A program made the position numbers and the translations under genes. A model generated the notes under the pieces. That model searched no databases, was not told where the DNA came from, and saw only the letters and a list, made by a program, of their open reading frames with translations. Positions 28,621 to 44,435 of a stretch of 64,000 nt of DNA are shown in pieces. Source of the DNA: Octopus vulgaris (Eukaryota); the NCBI GenBank assembly GCA_951406725.2, contig OX597835.1:7192001-7256000 (forward strand). The letters run 5' to 3'. The stretch's first letter is position 1. Each line of letters starts with the position of its first letter.

Positions 28621-28853
28621 GAAGGCGGTGAGCTGGCAGAAACGTTAGCAGGCCGGGCGAAATGCGTAGCCGTATTTCGTCTGTCGTTACGTCGTGAGTT
28701 CAAATTCCGCCGAGGTCGACTTTGCCTTTCATCCTTTCGGGGTCGATAAATTAAGTACCAGTTACGCACTGGGATCGATATAATTGACTTAATACCTATG
28801 TCTGTCCTTGTTTGTCCCCTCTATGTTTAACCCCTTGTGGACAATAAAGAAAT
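28621..28853 (+). mobile_element. SINE family A monomer with 17-bp TSD
   Basis: ATATATTCTATGCCTAT at 28604-28620 and 28854-28870. Confidence 0.92.
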
Positions 28854-29346
28854 ATATATTCTATGCCTATTGCCGTGTTATCTTCTTTGTAGAGAATCTC
28901 TGCAATTTGAATAAATGTGTTATTTGATCAAAGGTCGAATAATTGAGTATGTTAGGTTATAAAAGGAGGTTGTGCTGCTTCGCTTGCGTTTTGTATTTAT
29001 TTCGAAAACGGTGAAATAAAATTGGTCTCTTGTGTATTTGCAGGAGTATACACGCGCGTCTGCTCATACACTTACACACGCATACCTATACGTACATATG
29101 TGTGTGTCTGTGTCCGTATTGTATCTGTTTTAATATATATGTACACGTTACGTTCTGAGTTCAAATTCTGCCGAGGTCGACTTTATCTTTCATCATTTAG
29201 GGGTCGATAAAATAATACCAGTCGAACACTGGATCAATGTAATCGACTCATCACTTCCTCCAAAGTTGATACCCTGGTGGCAATCCATTCTTCTTCTTCT
29301 TCTCCTTCTTCTTCTTCTTCATCTTCTTCTTCTTCTTCTTCTTCTT

Positions 29347-29435
<89 letters not shown>

Positions 29436-29443
29436 CACCATCA

Positions 29444-29531
<88 letters not shown>

Positions 29532-29765
29532 GGTGGTGAGCTGGCAGAATCGTTAGCACGCCGGGCGAAGTGCTTACCAGTATTTCGTCTGCTGTTACGT
29601 TCTGAGTTCAAATTACGCCGAGGTCAACTTTGCCTTTCATCCTTTTGAGGTCGATTAAGTAAGTATCAGTTACGCCCTGGAATCGATGTAACCGACTTAA
29701 TCCCTCCGTTTGTCTTTGTTTGTCCCCTCTATGTGTAGCCCCCTGAGGGTAATAAAGAAATAAGT
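29532..29765 (+). mobile_element. SINE family A monomer
   Basis: Colinear with 28621-28853. Confidence 0.85.
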
Positions 29766-29881
29766 ATATATGTATATGTGTTTAGCGAGAACAAATTCAA
29801 ATGTAGTTTCAATGATAAGGTAGTGTATACGTAAGTACTACAGGGCTTAAAATAATCTGCTTCAACAGGCGTCGCTGTAAA

Positions 29882-30026
29882 GTAAGAAGCTTGCTTCCCA
29901 ACCACATGGTTCCGGGTTCAGTCCCACTGCGTGGTACCTTGGGCAAGTGTCTTCTACTATAACCTCGGGCCGACCAAAAACTTGTGAGTGGATTTGGTAG
30001 ACGGCAACTGAAAGAAGCCCCTCGTA

Positions 30027-30067
<41 letters not shown>

Positions 30068-30119
30068 ACAGACACAAAGACACATAAATACATACATACA
30101 TATAATTATATATACATGC

Positions 30120-30177
<58 letters not shown>

Positions 30178-30287
30178 TACGCGACGGACGTCTTTCAGAT
30201 TCTGCCTAGCAAATCCACTCACAAGGCTTTCGTCAGCCCCCTAGGCTATAGTAGAAGACACTAGCTTAAGGTTTCACGCAGTAGGAC
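29882..30287. mobile_element. Two SINE family B heads in opposite orientation joined by a (TA)n tract
   Basis: Plus head at 29882-30026 and minus head at 30181-30287; no tails. Confidence 0.7.
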
Positions 30288-31220
30288 GGTTGTTTATATG
30301 TTGTGCTCAAGTTGCGATATAAACGGAGTGTCACCAAATGTGTAAGGAAATTGTTGAGAATAAATGATAGTTGGAATGGCTCTTATCTTACCGTTACAAG
30401 AGAAAAAGCAACTTCTTCGAGTTGTTCAAAGAAGACATATGAAAGGTGAGAGAAAGTGTAACGGAATTTGCCTCCTGGTGTTAACAAATAGTGAAAGTGA
30501 AGGTTGTATAGTCCCTCGGGAACATGCTAGAAGTGCTTCTTCTGCCAGGTGTCAGGCGAAAGGGGGAGAACTGAATTTGTGCCAGGTATTTACAATGTTT
30601 TCCTTCTTAAATTAGGTCAGGTGAAAACGAAAGATTGTTTTCGTCAGTAATCTGATCGGAACCGTATTTCATCGAAGGATTTTCAAGAAACGATGTAGCT
30701 TATCTAATATGACAGTTTAATCCCATACATGTCTCAGTGCAAGTTCCGAGAACAGTATGATGAATGGATTAAACAGAACAAGATGAAACACGGGAGCGGG
30801 GGGAGAGATGCTGAAGAGGTCATTGGGACATAAAATTCGAACAATAATAAATCCGAAGTGAACTGCGATGTTTATTTGGCAAAAAACAAAACAAAAAAAA
30901 AGACCGTTCCGAAATATAACAATGTCTGTTACAATACACGATTTCACATCAAGAATCTTGCAAGACATACGTAAACGTAAGAATATGAAGGGACTTCTAT
31001 AGAAAAATCCAAATTAGGGTTTGAATCTTGTCTAAGAATCCCCGAAGTGATTCGCTTCACAAGCATATTCATGTACGCACAGACTCTCTCCCCAATATAG
31101 AAGCTGGAATATGTCTGTATATCTACTTAGATTCAACATTATATATTCAGGACGGAGATGATGGGAAAATAGGTACATATGTAGCATTACCGACCCTATA
31201 AAGCGAGTCAGTGTAGCTGC

Positions 31221-31259
<39 letters not shown>

Positions 31260-31324
31260 TTAATATATTTATATTTTATATGCATTATATATTTATATAT
31301 ATATATATATATGTATATTTAATA

Positions 31325-31407
<83 letters not shown>

Positions 31408-31722
31408 ATATATAGGCAGTTCGCTGATGTTTACCTGCTGTTTATCAGAAGGTTATATGATCTTTAAGATCAATAGTTGGAAAGATGACTTGAATAAGCG
31501 GGAAGAAGGGAGAGACAGCTGGAAGAAGCGAGATTATAGAAGAGTACCTGTGAAAATCGATATTCACTGGCAGAGAAAATGCAGGTAAACTAAGCCGTGC
31601 ACACACGCATAAATATACGCACACCAACTTATTCACACACACACGACCGCGAGCATACGCATATACATGCGAACCCATATACAGGCATTTCTTTGTTTCT
31701 GTCTCTCTCTATATATACATAC

Positions 31723-31811
<89 letters not shown>

Positions 31812-31983
31812 CCCACACGCACACACAAACTCACATAAATATGTATGTATGTTTATAAATGTGTGTGTGTCTGTACGCGCGAGTGCATGTGTGCGCATGT
31901 ACATGTATGCTCACATAGGCATTTATGCTGCATACTGATACAGCCACATCACATGTGTGTGCGTGTGTGTGTATGTCTGCATT

Positions 31984-32031
<48 letters not shown>

Positions 32032-32799
32032 TATATACACACACACACATATATATAGACATATATCGACATAAATACATATATAAACGCGCGTACTTAT
32101 ATGCATACATATGTGTATATATGTGTGTGTGCATGTGTGTGTACATATATGTGTATATATGTGTGTGTGCGTGCATACGTGTATATACGTATGTGTGCGT
32201 GCATGTGTGTGTGTGCATATATGTGTATATATGTGTGTGTGCGTGCATACGTGTATATACGTGTGTGTGCGTGCATGTGTGTGTGTGCATATATGTGTAT
32301 ATATGTGTATATATGTGTGTGTGTGTGCATATATGTGTATGCATGTATGTATGTGTGTGTGTGTGTGCGTATAAAGACAAAAGCATATAACAGAATATAT
32401 TCCTCAAAAGACAGCGCTACATCAATAGATATTTCTCTGTCTATAAATAGATCTTCATGTCGCCATGTCTTAGGGATTGTGTGTTTATAAATACGGTTTG
32501 TGTGTCTATCATTGCGTGTCTGTTCCACAATACGGCGCCGTAAATCTACATGACAGCGCTGTCGTCTGTTCGTTGTCTGTGTCACTTTCTCTCCTTCGAT
32601 CGGTTTTCATCTTTTATTTGTATCAGTCACTGAAGCACGGCCATACCGGAGCACCGCCTTGTGGCATTTTAGTCGAATGAATTAACCTCAGTATTTATTT
32701 ATTTATTTATTGGTTTTTGTACTTAGTCTGATTTGCCGCGCCGTTAATTTACGGTGGTCGGGAAGAGAAACTTAAACCCAAAACACACACGCACACACA

Positions 32800-32874
<75 letters not shown>

Positions 32875-32876
<2 letters not shown>

Positions 32877-33230
32877 CAAACGACGAAGACAGGGGTATGA
32901 ATAAAAATCAGGTGTGCTAGTTTGACGCTCGGTAAATTGAAAAAGCCTTTTACGTTTCGAGCTTACGCTCTTCATCAGAAAGAAATAAGAGAAAATAAAG
33001 AGAGAGAGAGAAAAAAAACTTGTAGATGTAGCGGTCAAGCATGGCGAAATATAGAGGGAGAATTCACAACCCCCCCCCCAAAAAAAAACAACGAAGACAG
33101 GTGGTGTAGACAACAAACACATGTGTCAGTTTAACGCTCGGGAAATGAAAAAGTCTTTAAAGATTCGAGCCTACGCTTTTCCACAGAAAGGAACACAGAA
33201 AGAAGCAGGGAGGGAAAATAATGAATGTAA
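32875..33230 (-). mobile_element. Tandem pair of diverged hammerhead-bearing short repeats
   Basis: ACGAAGACAGG..ACGCTCGG..AAAAG.CTTT..TCGAGC.TACGCT occurs twice, about 210 bp apart. Confidence 0.7.
32947..32982 (-). ncRNA. Minimal type-I hammerhead ribozyme-like motif with canonical core
   Basis: CTTT-CTGATGA-A-GAGC-GTAA-GCTC-GAAA-CG-TA-AAAG; GNRA loop; palindromic ACGT stem III. Confidence 0.75.
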
Positions 33231-33526
33231 TGTGGCTAGCGATCTACCATAGCGAATGCCGGAGAGAGGGGTCACACAGCAGAGCTAGGGAAAAGGGGAG
33301 ATAATAAAGTAGCTGTGACCCAAAACGAAGGTGCGTGTGCATGTGTATAAGAGAGTATGCATGTGCGTGTGGAATACACATACATATAGGTCTTTTTGTT
33401 TATCTATTACATCATAACCCACTTTAAAGTGCAAGCATGGACACTAGCAAATGGCTGAAAGGTCACGCAGACAAGAAATAACTTAGTATGATCCCACAAT
33501 GATTAAACAATTAAATAATTATATGT

Positions 33527-34082
33527 GTCATCATCATCATTGTTCAACCGTGGTCGAGACAATGGAATTTACCATGTTGCGCCAGACTTCACGGTCCATC
33601 ATGGCATTACGGAGGTCCTGTTGCTGGATGCCTGTATCCTTAGAGATTACATCAGGGTAGGAGAGAGTGCGCCCTCTGGTACTGCGAGTAGATGGCTTCC
33701 AGAGGAGAAGAGTAGAAATTATCTCTTTTTCCGCTCTACAACAATGTCCAGCAAACTGGACTCTCCTACCTTTCACAAGAGATGACACAGGTGGTAGTTT
33801 CCCATATATTTGCATTTTGGTTGGATGGCGCTTCCACGAGAGATTTTGAGCTCTCATAAGGAGGCGAGTGTAGGTTCCATCCAACAGCCTCTCAAGCTTC
33901 TTTGATAACGTCCAGGTTTCTGAACCATATAGTAGAATTGGTTCGACTGTGGCTTTGAATATTTCAAGTTTGAAGTCTCTACTTAGATTTGATGACCAGA
34001 TCTTATGCATGTCATTACAGGCTGACCAGGCCATACCCTTTCTAGTTAGAAAGTCTTTTCCAGATGACGATATGTATGACCA
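33527..34082 (-). mobile_element. 5'-truncated RTE-clade LINE; RT C-terminal ORF 33537-34034 ending in a (TGA)n tail
   Basis: FKATVEPILLYGSETWTL and RRVQFAGHCCR motifs typical of RTE ORF C-termini; stop runs into TGATGATGA. Confidence 0.9.
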
Positions 34083-34119
34083 TCATTATATGTGTACTCC
34101 CTGTTTCCCTTATACTAGC

Positions 34120-34188
<69 letters not shown>

Positions 34189-34392
34189 TCTGTCTGTCAA
34201 ATCAAAGGCACTAAACAGATATTGGTTGGCTCGATGCTATGATAGAAGATATTTGCTTGCTCTAGCTTTTACATAGTGGGACTGAACTAGAAACCATGTG
34301 GTTTGGGAAGCAAGCTTGGTGCCACACAATCATGCCTGTGCTACATGTGCGTGTGTGCGTGTGTATGTGTGTGTATGTGTGTGTGTGTATAT

Positions 34393-34480
<88 letters not shown>

Positions 34481-34698
34481 TGCTGTACTCTTTCGCCACA
34501 ACTTTCTCCCACTCTTTCTTCTGTTGGCCTGCTCGCTTAGCCAGCGGGGTGGCGTCATTCGAAGGCTAAAACAATGCGAACGCATATATATATATATATA
34601 CGTGTTTATATGTGATTATGTATATATTCATATATGTATGTGTATGTGTGTGCATGGATGTGTTTGGACAGAGAGAGAACAAGGAAGTGAGAGGGAAT

Positions 34699-34789
<91 letters not shown>

Positions 34790-34951
34790 GTGTGTGTCAT
34801 GAGATGTGCTGTTCGGATCTTCTTAATCCTGGTTGACAGAAACGTCTGTTCCCCTTTTTCAATCTTTATTTCAGGAGAAACAATTCTTTAACTCACGAAC
34901 TTACGCTTGCGCACAACGTGCGAGCGCGTGAATGTACGTTACGGTATTGTA

Positions 34952-35118
34952 ATGAAAGGCAAAGTCGATTCCGCCGAGGTCGACTTTGCCTTTCATCCTT
35001 TCGGGGTTGATAAATTAAGTACCAGTTACGCACTGGGGTCGATGTAATCGACTTAATACCTATGTCTGGCCTTGTTTGTCCCCTCTATGTTTAGCTCCTT
35101 GTGGGTAATAAAGAAATA
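34952..35118 (+). mobile_element. SINE family A, 5'-truncated, with short 5' inversion
   Basis: TSD GGTATTGTA at 34943-34951 and 35119-35127; 34952-34968 is the reverse complement of 34980-34996. Confidence 0.85.
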
Positions 35119-35638
35119 GGTATTGTATGTACATATCAAAGGGGGAAAGAGAGAGAACGATGGAGATAGAGATATATTTATTTATCTACATATTAATAAT
35201 AGTATTAGGTATGGAGACTTGTACATCCACGAAATTTATTTTATAGTTATATAAAGCGTATTATAATGACCTACACGTGTTTCCGCTTCAAGCATGACGA
35301 AATGAACGGACCCTGATGAAGCTGTACCGACAATATTGCAAGGATGCATTTGTAACAGTGAATAGTCGCTGCAGAGGAACCACGTGCAGGTCATTATAAT
35401 ATTCTGTATATAAATATGAAATATTCTTATTAATATTAATATACACACCAGACAATTATTTCCTGTCCAGCAAAGAGAACACGGAATTACCAATGGGAAG
35501 AATTCATTGAGTGACTAACTACTGAATGTAATCACAGACGTTCATACAGATCTTTGTAGTTAGCTGTTTACTGGAAATTAACTGAAAGCTAATTCGGTAT
35601 AAGTACCGATAATATATCCTTCCAAATTCACATTTATT

Positions 35639-36250
<612 letters not shown>

Positions 36251-36264
36251 ATATATATATATTA

Positions 36265-36490
36265 TGCACCCTTTTCAAGCCTAGCCAGTTTCATGGGCAC
36301 GGTTTCCCAGTTTCTATGTCGTATGTGTTCCACCCAGCAGCGTCACTCAAGAAACAGGACGAAAGAGTGATAGAAAGTTGGGGAGAAAGAGTACAATAGG
36401 GGTTGCCCCCCCCCTACCGGAATCTCGTGGAACTTTTAGGTGTTTTCGTTCAATAAACACAAACAACGCCCGGACAGGGAATCGAAATCA
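36265..36490 (-). mobile_element. Third SINE-like family fragment; related plus-strand piece at 34478-34585
   Basis: Minus TTCGATTCC B-box-like motif; GAAAGAGTG..AGAAAGTTG.GG.GAAAGAGTACA shared with the reverse complement of 34485-34520. Confidence 0.5.
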
Positions 36491-36496
36491 CATATG

Positions 36497-36575
<79 letters not shown>

Positions 36576-36612
36576 GTATGTATACACACATTTATATATG
36601 GGTGTGTGTATG

Positions 36613-36657
<45 letters not shown>

Positions 36658-36978
36658 AGTGTGTGCGAGCGTGAGTGTGTGCGTGTGTGTACATACCATG
36701 TGAGAACTAAAGCCGCCATGTTGTGTCAGAGCTGAACACTTAGAGCAATCAATCAATACAGTATGACAACTCCTTATCGATCAGCGTCATCATAAGTGTC
36801 ATTCAGTAGAGTTAAATATAATCTGCCGATGTGATGATAATCCCCCCATTGATAGGGGTTTAGACAGCCAGTGATGAAGTATTAAGGAGTTCGTATACAG
36901 AAAAAGGCACAGCAGAAAATTAAAGTGCATACCTACATACATACATACATACATACGTACATGCTTACATACATATAC

Positions 36979-37064
<86 letters not shown>

Positions 37065-37160
37065 GCTTGTGTATATATATATATGTACATATATGCACGC
37101 ATACACAGCATCTTATATCTTTATCTACATATATACATACACACATACATATATATATAA

Positions 37161-37197
<37 letters not shown>

Positions 37198-37296
37198 CAT
37201 GTGTAGAAGAAGAAGAAGAAGAAGAAGAAGAAAAAGAAGAAACACGGGAGAATAAAAAGGAAAGTAGGTAGTAAGGTGTTAAAAAGTCAAGTGACT

Positions 37297-37508
37297 AAAA
37301 ATAAAAGGGGCTAAACACAAAGAGGACAAACAAGGATAGACAAACGACTTATCAACCCCAGTGCGTAACTGGTATTTAATTTATCGACCCCGAAAGGACG
37401 AAAGTTCAAAGTCGACCTCGGCGGAATTTGAACTCAGAACGTAACGGCAGACGAAATACAGCTCCCCATTTCGCACGGCGTGCTAACGTTTCTGCCAAGC
37501 TCGCCGCC
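37297..37508 (-). mobile_element. SINE family A with 11-bp TSD
   Basis: GTCAAGTGACT at 37286-37296 and 37509-37519. Confidence 0.85.
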
Positions 37509-37663
37509 GTCAAGTGACTTAAAATTGGCTCATTATGGATTATAGCAGTGATTGAGAGTGCTTCTTAATGAATTCTAGGGAATCTCTTGAGTGCACCATT
37601 TTAAAAAATTGCGTGTGAATTTGTGTTATTCTAAGGCCGTGGTGGGTATGTCGTTCGTTGTAG

Positions 37664-37698
<35 letters not shown>

Positions 37699-37772
37699 CA
37701 CACACATATATGCATACATATACATATATATACATACATACATGTATACATACCTACATAGTACATACATAC

Positions 37773-37809
<37 letters not shown>

Positions 37810-37969
37810 TACACATACATATTTCTTTGTTGTCTATGACGAAAACGAAAGAGAATTTGATGCGTTTGCTTAGCGAATTCGACACCATAAATTCAGAGTA
37901 TTTGTATCACTAATGAAAAATCAATGAGTATAACACCATATAACTCTATTTCGCACAGACACAGACACA

Positions 37970-38034
<65 letters not shown>

Positions 38035-38092
38035 TCATACATATATATATGTATATATATATATACACACACATATATATATATATTCATAC

Positions 38093-38123
<31 letters not shown>

Positions 38124-38250
38124 TATGCACATATATATATATATACATATATATGTATATATATATGTATATATATGTGTATATATACATATATACATAT
38201 ATATATATATACATATTTATGTATACATATATATATACATACATATATAA

Positions 38251-38299
<49 letters not shown>

Positions 38300-38975
38300 C
38301 ATATATATATACATAAATATTCTAATTCTAATAAGGTATTACATCTCAGTATAGGTCTTTTCGTCCTCCTTAACACGCATCGATAAACCTGTACGAATTT
38401 CATTGCTATTCCTGGTCGAAGTTTATATTTCTGTCTACAGAATATTAGCTTTCTACGTGTCAGCAACACCATATACTTGTCAAAATGTAAAAGAGAGGTT
38501 TGCTCTACCGAAGTTTCGATCCGAATTTATCTCAATGACATTCATGTCGATGCGACAGTTTTTAAAAGCTCCGAACAAATGATACTCCCTGCTTGGGAAA
38601 TTTACTTTGGGACATACTTTGGAGCGGGGGTTGGCGGGGTGGTGGAATTATGTAACACGTCGTTATAGTTATGCACAAACACAAGCATGTATATGTTTAT
38701 TCAGAGAAACACACACAGACGCACACACACAAACATACACACACTAAACTTCTCAAAGTCGACGCCGACACTGTTTGGCGTGTCTTGAATTGCACGCCAC
38801 TGCCATCTTCAGGTTTAATGAAATAAACCATGTGCTCAAGAAGCAAAAACGTATTCACATATATAAATATTGATAGATATTGTTCACAAACGCACGCACA
38901 CACACACACACACACACACGCATATATATATATATATATATCCTATTAACATATGATAAATTTCTTATGTATATG

Positions 38976-39014
<39 letters not shown>

Positions 39015-39189
39015 GTATATTTGCCATTTGAATATGGCTAAACCCTAAGGGTGGATGCTACTGTAGTTTGTAGCCCCAGGAGGACACCTCCTCCAGCTGG
39101 CTATAGACACACTTTCTGTGCCCTATCAGTATTTGCGAAGGGAAGCCACGATGTGCTGCTGCTACTGTTTATAACTCGCTCTGAGATTT

Positions 39190-39285
<96 letters not shown>

Positions 39286-39302
39286 AATAAATATACGGTA
39301 GT

Positions 39303-39530
39303 AGCTGGCACAAACGTTAGCACGCCGGGCGAAATGCTTAGCAGTATTTCGTCTGCCGTTACGTTCTGAGTTCAAATTCCGCCGAGGTCGACTTTGCCTT
39401 TCATCCTTTCGGGCGTCGATAAATTAAGTACCACTTACGCCCTGGGGTCGATGTAATCAACTTAATCCGTTTGTCTGTCCTTGTTTGTCCCCTCTGTGTT
39501 TAGCCCCTTGTGGGTAGTAAAGAAATAGGT
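39303..39530 (+). mobile_element. SINE family A monomer
   Basis: Colinear with other copies; GGTAGT on both sides. Confidence 0.88.
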
Positions 39531-39589
39531 AGTGTATAAATATACGAAGTACCGCAGCCGCATTGGTAAACGAGTGATAGAATAAAAGA

Positions 39590-39663
<74 letters not shown>

Positions 39664-39789
39664 ATGTGTGTGTGTATATATATACATGAATGATCTTTTT
39701 TTGTCTGTTTATTTTACGTAGGCTCGAAACGTAAAAAGACTTTCTCATTTTCACGAGCGTCAAATTAATACACATGCTTGTGTGAATAT

Positions 39790-39987
39790 GTGTGTGTGCG
39801 TCTTTCCCCCCACCCCGCATAGCTTGGCAAACGATGCTGGTGTGTCTACCTCCCTGTAAATTAGCGGCGCGGCAAAAGCGATCGGCAGAATAAGTGCTAG
39901 GCTTACAATGAATTAGATCTTGGAGTCGATGTGTTCGGACTAAAGTCGTTGCTCCAGTATGACCACAGTCAGATGACTGAAACAAGT

Positions 39988-40054
<67 letters not shown>

Positions 40055-40222
40055 GCGCGTGGCGGGCTTCTTTAAGTTTCCGTCTACTGAATCCACTCTC
40101 AAAGATATCGGTCGGCACAAGGGCATTGCAGGATGACGTTCGCCGAATATGTCTCAGCTGTGAGGGGTTTGAACTCGGAACCATGCGATTGGAAAGGTAA
40201 CTTGCTTCCAGGCAGCAACCAC
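39790..40222. mobile_element. SINE family B tail (+, 39790-39990) and head (-, 40062-40222) separated by (CA)n
   Basis: Similarity to the two halves of 27003-27415. Confidence 0.65.
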
Positions 40223-40648
40223 GCTAATAACAAACAAAACAAACAAACAAACAAAGAAAGAAACAAACAAGCAAATGAAGAAACAATTTACGCTGCTTCA
40301 AATTTGCGCTTAATTAACCAGACTAGCAGACTTGCTGGCTTGTTGTTATGTTAGTCGGCTGGTTGATTGATTGAATGCTCTGTGTGAAGAGGCCACCTAA
40401 TCTCCTGAAGTGCTCTGGCATGCGCAGTTTACATCAAATGAAAGAATCTGAGTATTTGAAGGAGCGGACATGCTAGATTCTACGCGGAGAGAGGCTGGTG
40501 GGGGTTTCGAGTTGAGTTCTTTCTTGCACAATAATGAAGAGCTGCCGCTGATGTCATTTCGGATTCTGTATTATTCCTAACCGTTCAACCGAGTTATTGA
40601 TCGCCTTTGGCCCAAGAATATTTCAAGGTCAATCCTATTAGTGGATTA

Positions 40649-40764
<116 letters not shown>

Positions 40765-40828
40765 TAATTACTCCTGGTTACTCTGCAAATAGTATTATAT
40801 CGTTGTTGTTGTTGTTATTATTATTATT

Positions 40829-41335
40829 GAGCGAGAGAGCAGTTCATGCCATCAAAGTGACACTGGGGTAAAATATACGAAGCCCAGTATACCCATCATG
40901 ACTACCCGTCTGATAAGGGTACACCAGGCACATGCATCACAACCATATGTGCGCGACGTGGTGATCTCATATCAAGGTAAACAGCGCATGACCTTGCATG
41001 TGGGGCCAAGTTAGAATTTTCTTCCGGTCGAGTAACCCATCCCGCTCAAAAGGTCCCTGAATAAGGGTTGTTTAAGGATGTTGAAAGAACCACCCATATT
41101 TCCCGAGGTGAATTATTCAAACCCCAAAGAATCCCTCTCAACACATGGCTATGATGCTCCCCCACTACTTCTGCTCGTGATCAGAGATGCACATATCGTC
41201 AGCCACTAAGGGACATGCTCAACTGGTTAAGGTCAAACTACTGAAAAACAAATCTGTGGTATTGAGCAGAATATTTGCTGTAGCCCATCTTTTATACCAA
41301 GACAAAACAATGTACATGATAACGCCATGAGAGTC
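40829..41335 (-). mobile_element. (TAA)n-embedded ~0.5-kb element, copy A
   Basis: Highly similar to 44436-44928; ATT repeats on both sides; strand inferred from the invariant end. Confidence 0.85.
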
Positions 41336-41352
41336 AATTATTATTATTATTA

Positions 41353-41420
<68 letters not shown>

Positions 41421-41977
41421 GAGTGAGAGAGCAGTGCATGCCATCAAAGTGACACTGGGGTAAAATAAACACATCATGACTACCCGTCTGATAAGGGTAC
41501 ACCAGGTACATGTATTACAACCATATCTGCGCGACATGGTGAGCTCTCATCAAGATAAGCAGCGCATGAACTTGCAAGTGGGGCTCAGAGGTTTCCTCAG
41601 GTCGACTAGCCCATCCTGCACAAAAGGTCTCTGAATAAGGTTTGTTTTAAAGATGCTGAAGAGAACACCCATGTTTCCAAAGGTGAATTATCCAAACCCC
41701 AAAGAATTACTCTCAACACATGGCTATGATGCTTCCCCACTCCATCTGCTCGTGATCAGAGATGCACATATCGTAAGCCACTAAGGGACATGCTCAACTG
41801 GTTAAGGTCAAACAAATGACAGGCAAATCTTCGATACTTAGTAGAATATTTGCTGTAGCCCATCTTTTATACCAAGACAAAACAATGTACATGAAAACAC
41901 TTCCAATCAGTTAAGAAGAGAGTCCATGAGTTAAGATCAGGAGCCATGAGTGCCACTGTCTGGAACTGCATCAGGGC

Positions 41978-41980
<3 letters not shown>
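41421..41980 (-). mobile_element. (TAA)n-embedded element, copy B (longest and most diverged)
   Basis: Colinear with copy A and extends to GCATCAGGGCATT. Confidence 0.85.
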
Positions 41981-42016
<36 letters not shown>

Positions 42017-42152
42017 ATTCTGCGGAGGTGGACTGTGCGCCTTTCATCTTTTCGCTGTCGATAAAATAAGTACCAGTTGCGTACTGCGGTCGTTCTCATC
42101 GAATGGCTCCCTCCCACCAAATTTCGGGCCTTGTGCCTATAGTAGAAAGGAA

Positions 42153-42201
<49 letters not shown>

Positions 42202-42202
42202 G

Positions 42203-42242
<40 letters not shown>

Positions 42243-42464
42243 AAATAGGAGGAGGAGAAGGAGTGGCGAGCTAGGTTTCGTCCATCTTTGCGCGCTCTGA
42301 GTTCAAATCCCGCCACTTCGAAATACCGAGAGGTAAAGTCGACTTTACCCCTCACCATGCCGAGGAGCATAAAATAGGAAGCCGTCGAGCACTACAGTCG
42401 ATGTACCCGATTTACTTCCTCGCCAAATTTTACTGGCATAGTACCAAAATTTGAAACTATTATT

Positions 42465-42533
<69 letters not shown>

Positions 42534-42538
42534 TATTA

Positions 42539-42578
<40 letters not shown>

Positions 42579-42591
42579 ATTATTATTATTA

Positions 42592-42649
<58 letters not shown>

Positions 42650-42685
42650 CATCATCATCATCGTCATCATCATCATCATCATCAA

Positions 42686-42731
<46 letters not shown>

Positions 42732-43025
42732 TGTAGTTGTAGTAGTACTAATCAATACTGGTGATATCTAATTTTGGTTCAGGCGTTCCAATGCTATCGA
42801 TTATACCGTTCTTATTGTTGTTTATTTGTTTTCTTCTTCTTCTTCTTTCTTTTACTATTCCTCGAAGGAAACGTCTTTCACGCTTATTTGTATCATCCAT
42901 TCCAGTTCGATGAGGTAACAAGTTTCGAACAATGAAATCAAACAACCTCTGCTCTGTGTTCGGAGTTAAGTATTTTGTACGTGTATGAGGGTGTCTGTGT
43001 GTGTGTATATATATATATACATATT

Positions 43026-43068
<43 letters not shown>

Positions 43069-43098
43069 TTACATATATATATATATATACATATTTAC

Positions 43099-43130
<32 letters not shown>

Positions 43131-43131
43131 T

Positions 43132-43178
<47 letters not shown>

Positions 43179-43179
43179 T

Positions 43180-43222
<43 letters not shown>

Positions 43223-43270
43223 TATATATATATAATATAATATTTAATATATATATAATATATATATATA

Positions 43271-43384
<114 letters not shown>

Positions 43385-43388
43385 TTAC

Positions 43389-43419
<31 letters not shown>

Positions 43420-43433
43420 CATACAAACACACG

Positions 43434-43490
<57 letters not shown>

Positions 43491-43491
43491 G

Positions 43492-43563
<72 letters not shown>

Positions 43564-43809
43564 TGTGTGTGTGTGTGTGTGTGCGTGTGTGTGTGTATAA
43601 GGGGAGCCTGGTTGAAGAGTCTTGAAGGAGAGAAAGAAAATTCTAGAGAAACGGAAAACGATGAGAAGGAACATATAAGTTCACCTCAAGTATTCCGTAA
43701 CGTGTAAGAACATGAGACATCTAAGAAAGTTTTCAAAGATGCAGGAGAGGCCCTGATGCTCTATAGCTTGAAGGTTACGGCGCTCGAGATCAAAGGGGGG
43801 CTCACGGTG

Positions 43810-43945
43810 ATAAAACAAAGGAGAGATGGAGGAGATATGCAAAACCTTCAACACCACCGTTGATCAGTGAAATTGAAAATGCTTTCAAATTAATGAAAGG
43901 AGTCCAAGATTCAGGTAAAGATGGCATCACAACAGACATGTTAAT
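43810..43945 (+). pseudogene. Degenerate RTE-type LINE fragment (region preceding the RT domain)
   Basis: EMEEICKTF and PPLISEIENAFKLMKGVQDSGKDGITTDML resemble the EV..AL..MK..KAPG.DGI..EML motif. Confidence 0.7.
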
Positions 43946-44209
43946 GTAGATTATTGATTCTGAACCGGGGCATATGCCCCACGGGTGGGGGCATGGGAAA
44001 AATTGTGGTGGGGTGGGGTGGGGTGCCGTGTTGCCAGTCACAAGGGTCTCATTAAAGTGAATTCCTTTTATTTTCCCTTTGTCAATAATGTACTTTTTTG
44101 GTACTCAGTACTTAATAAAAGAGTTACCGAAAGAAAAATTTAAAGAAATGAACACAAAAAAAAAGAAACAGCATTGAAGGAGAGAAAATTACTACTACTA
44201 CTGCTGCTG

Positions 44210-44257
<48 letters not shown>

Positions 44258-44349
44258 TTATGTTTTTTACTTCTTTCTTTAAATTTTCTTCCGTTTCTCG
44301 CTGAGTGTTTTCCATATTATTATTATCATTCTTATTCTTATTATTATTA

Positions 44350-44435
<86 letters not shown>

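Noticed and set aside
30300-31080. Unique-looking stretch with short ORFs (also 20775-21000, 21616-21980 and 26693-26959)
   Set aside because: Could not assign any protein family by eye; would need BLASTx
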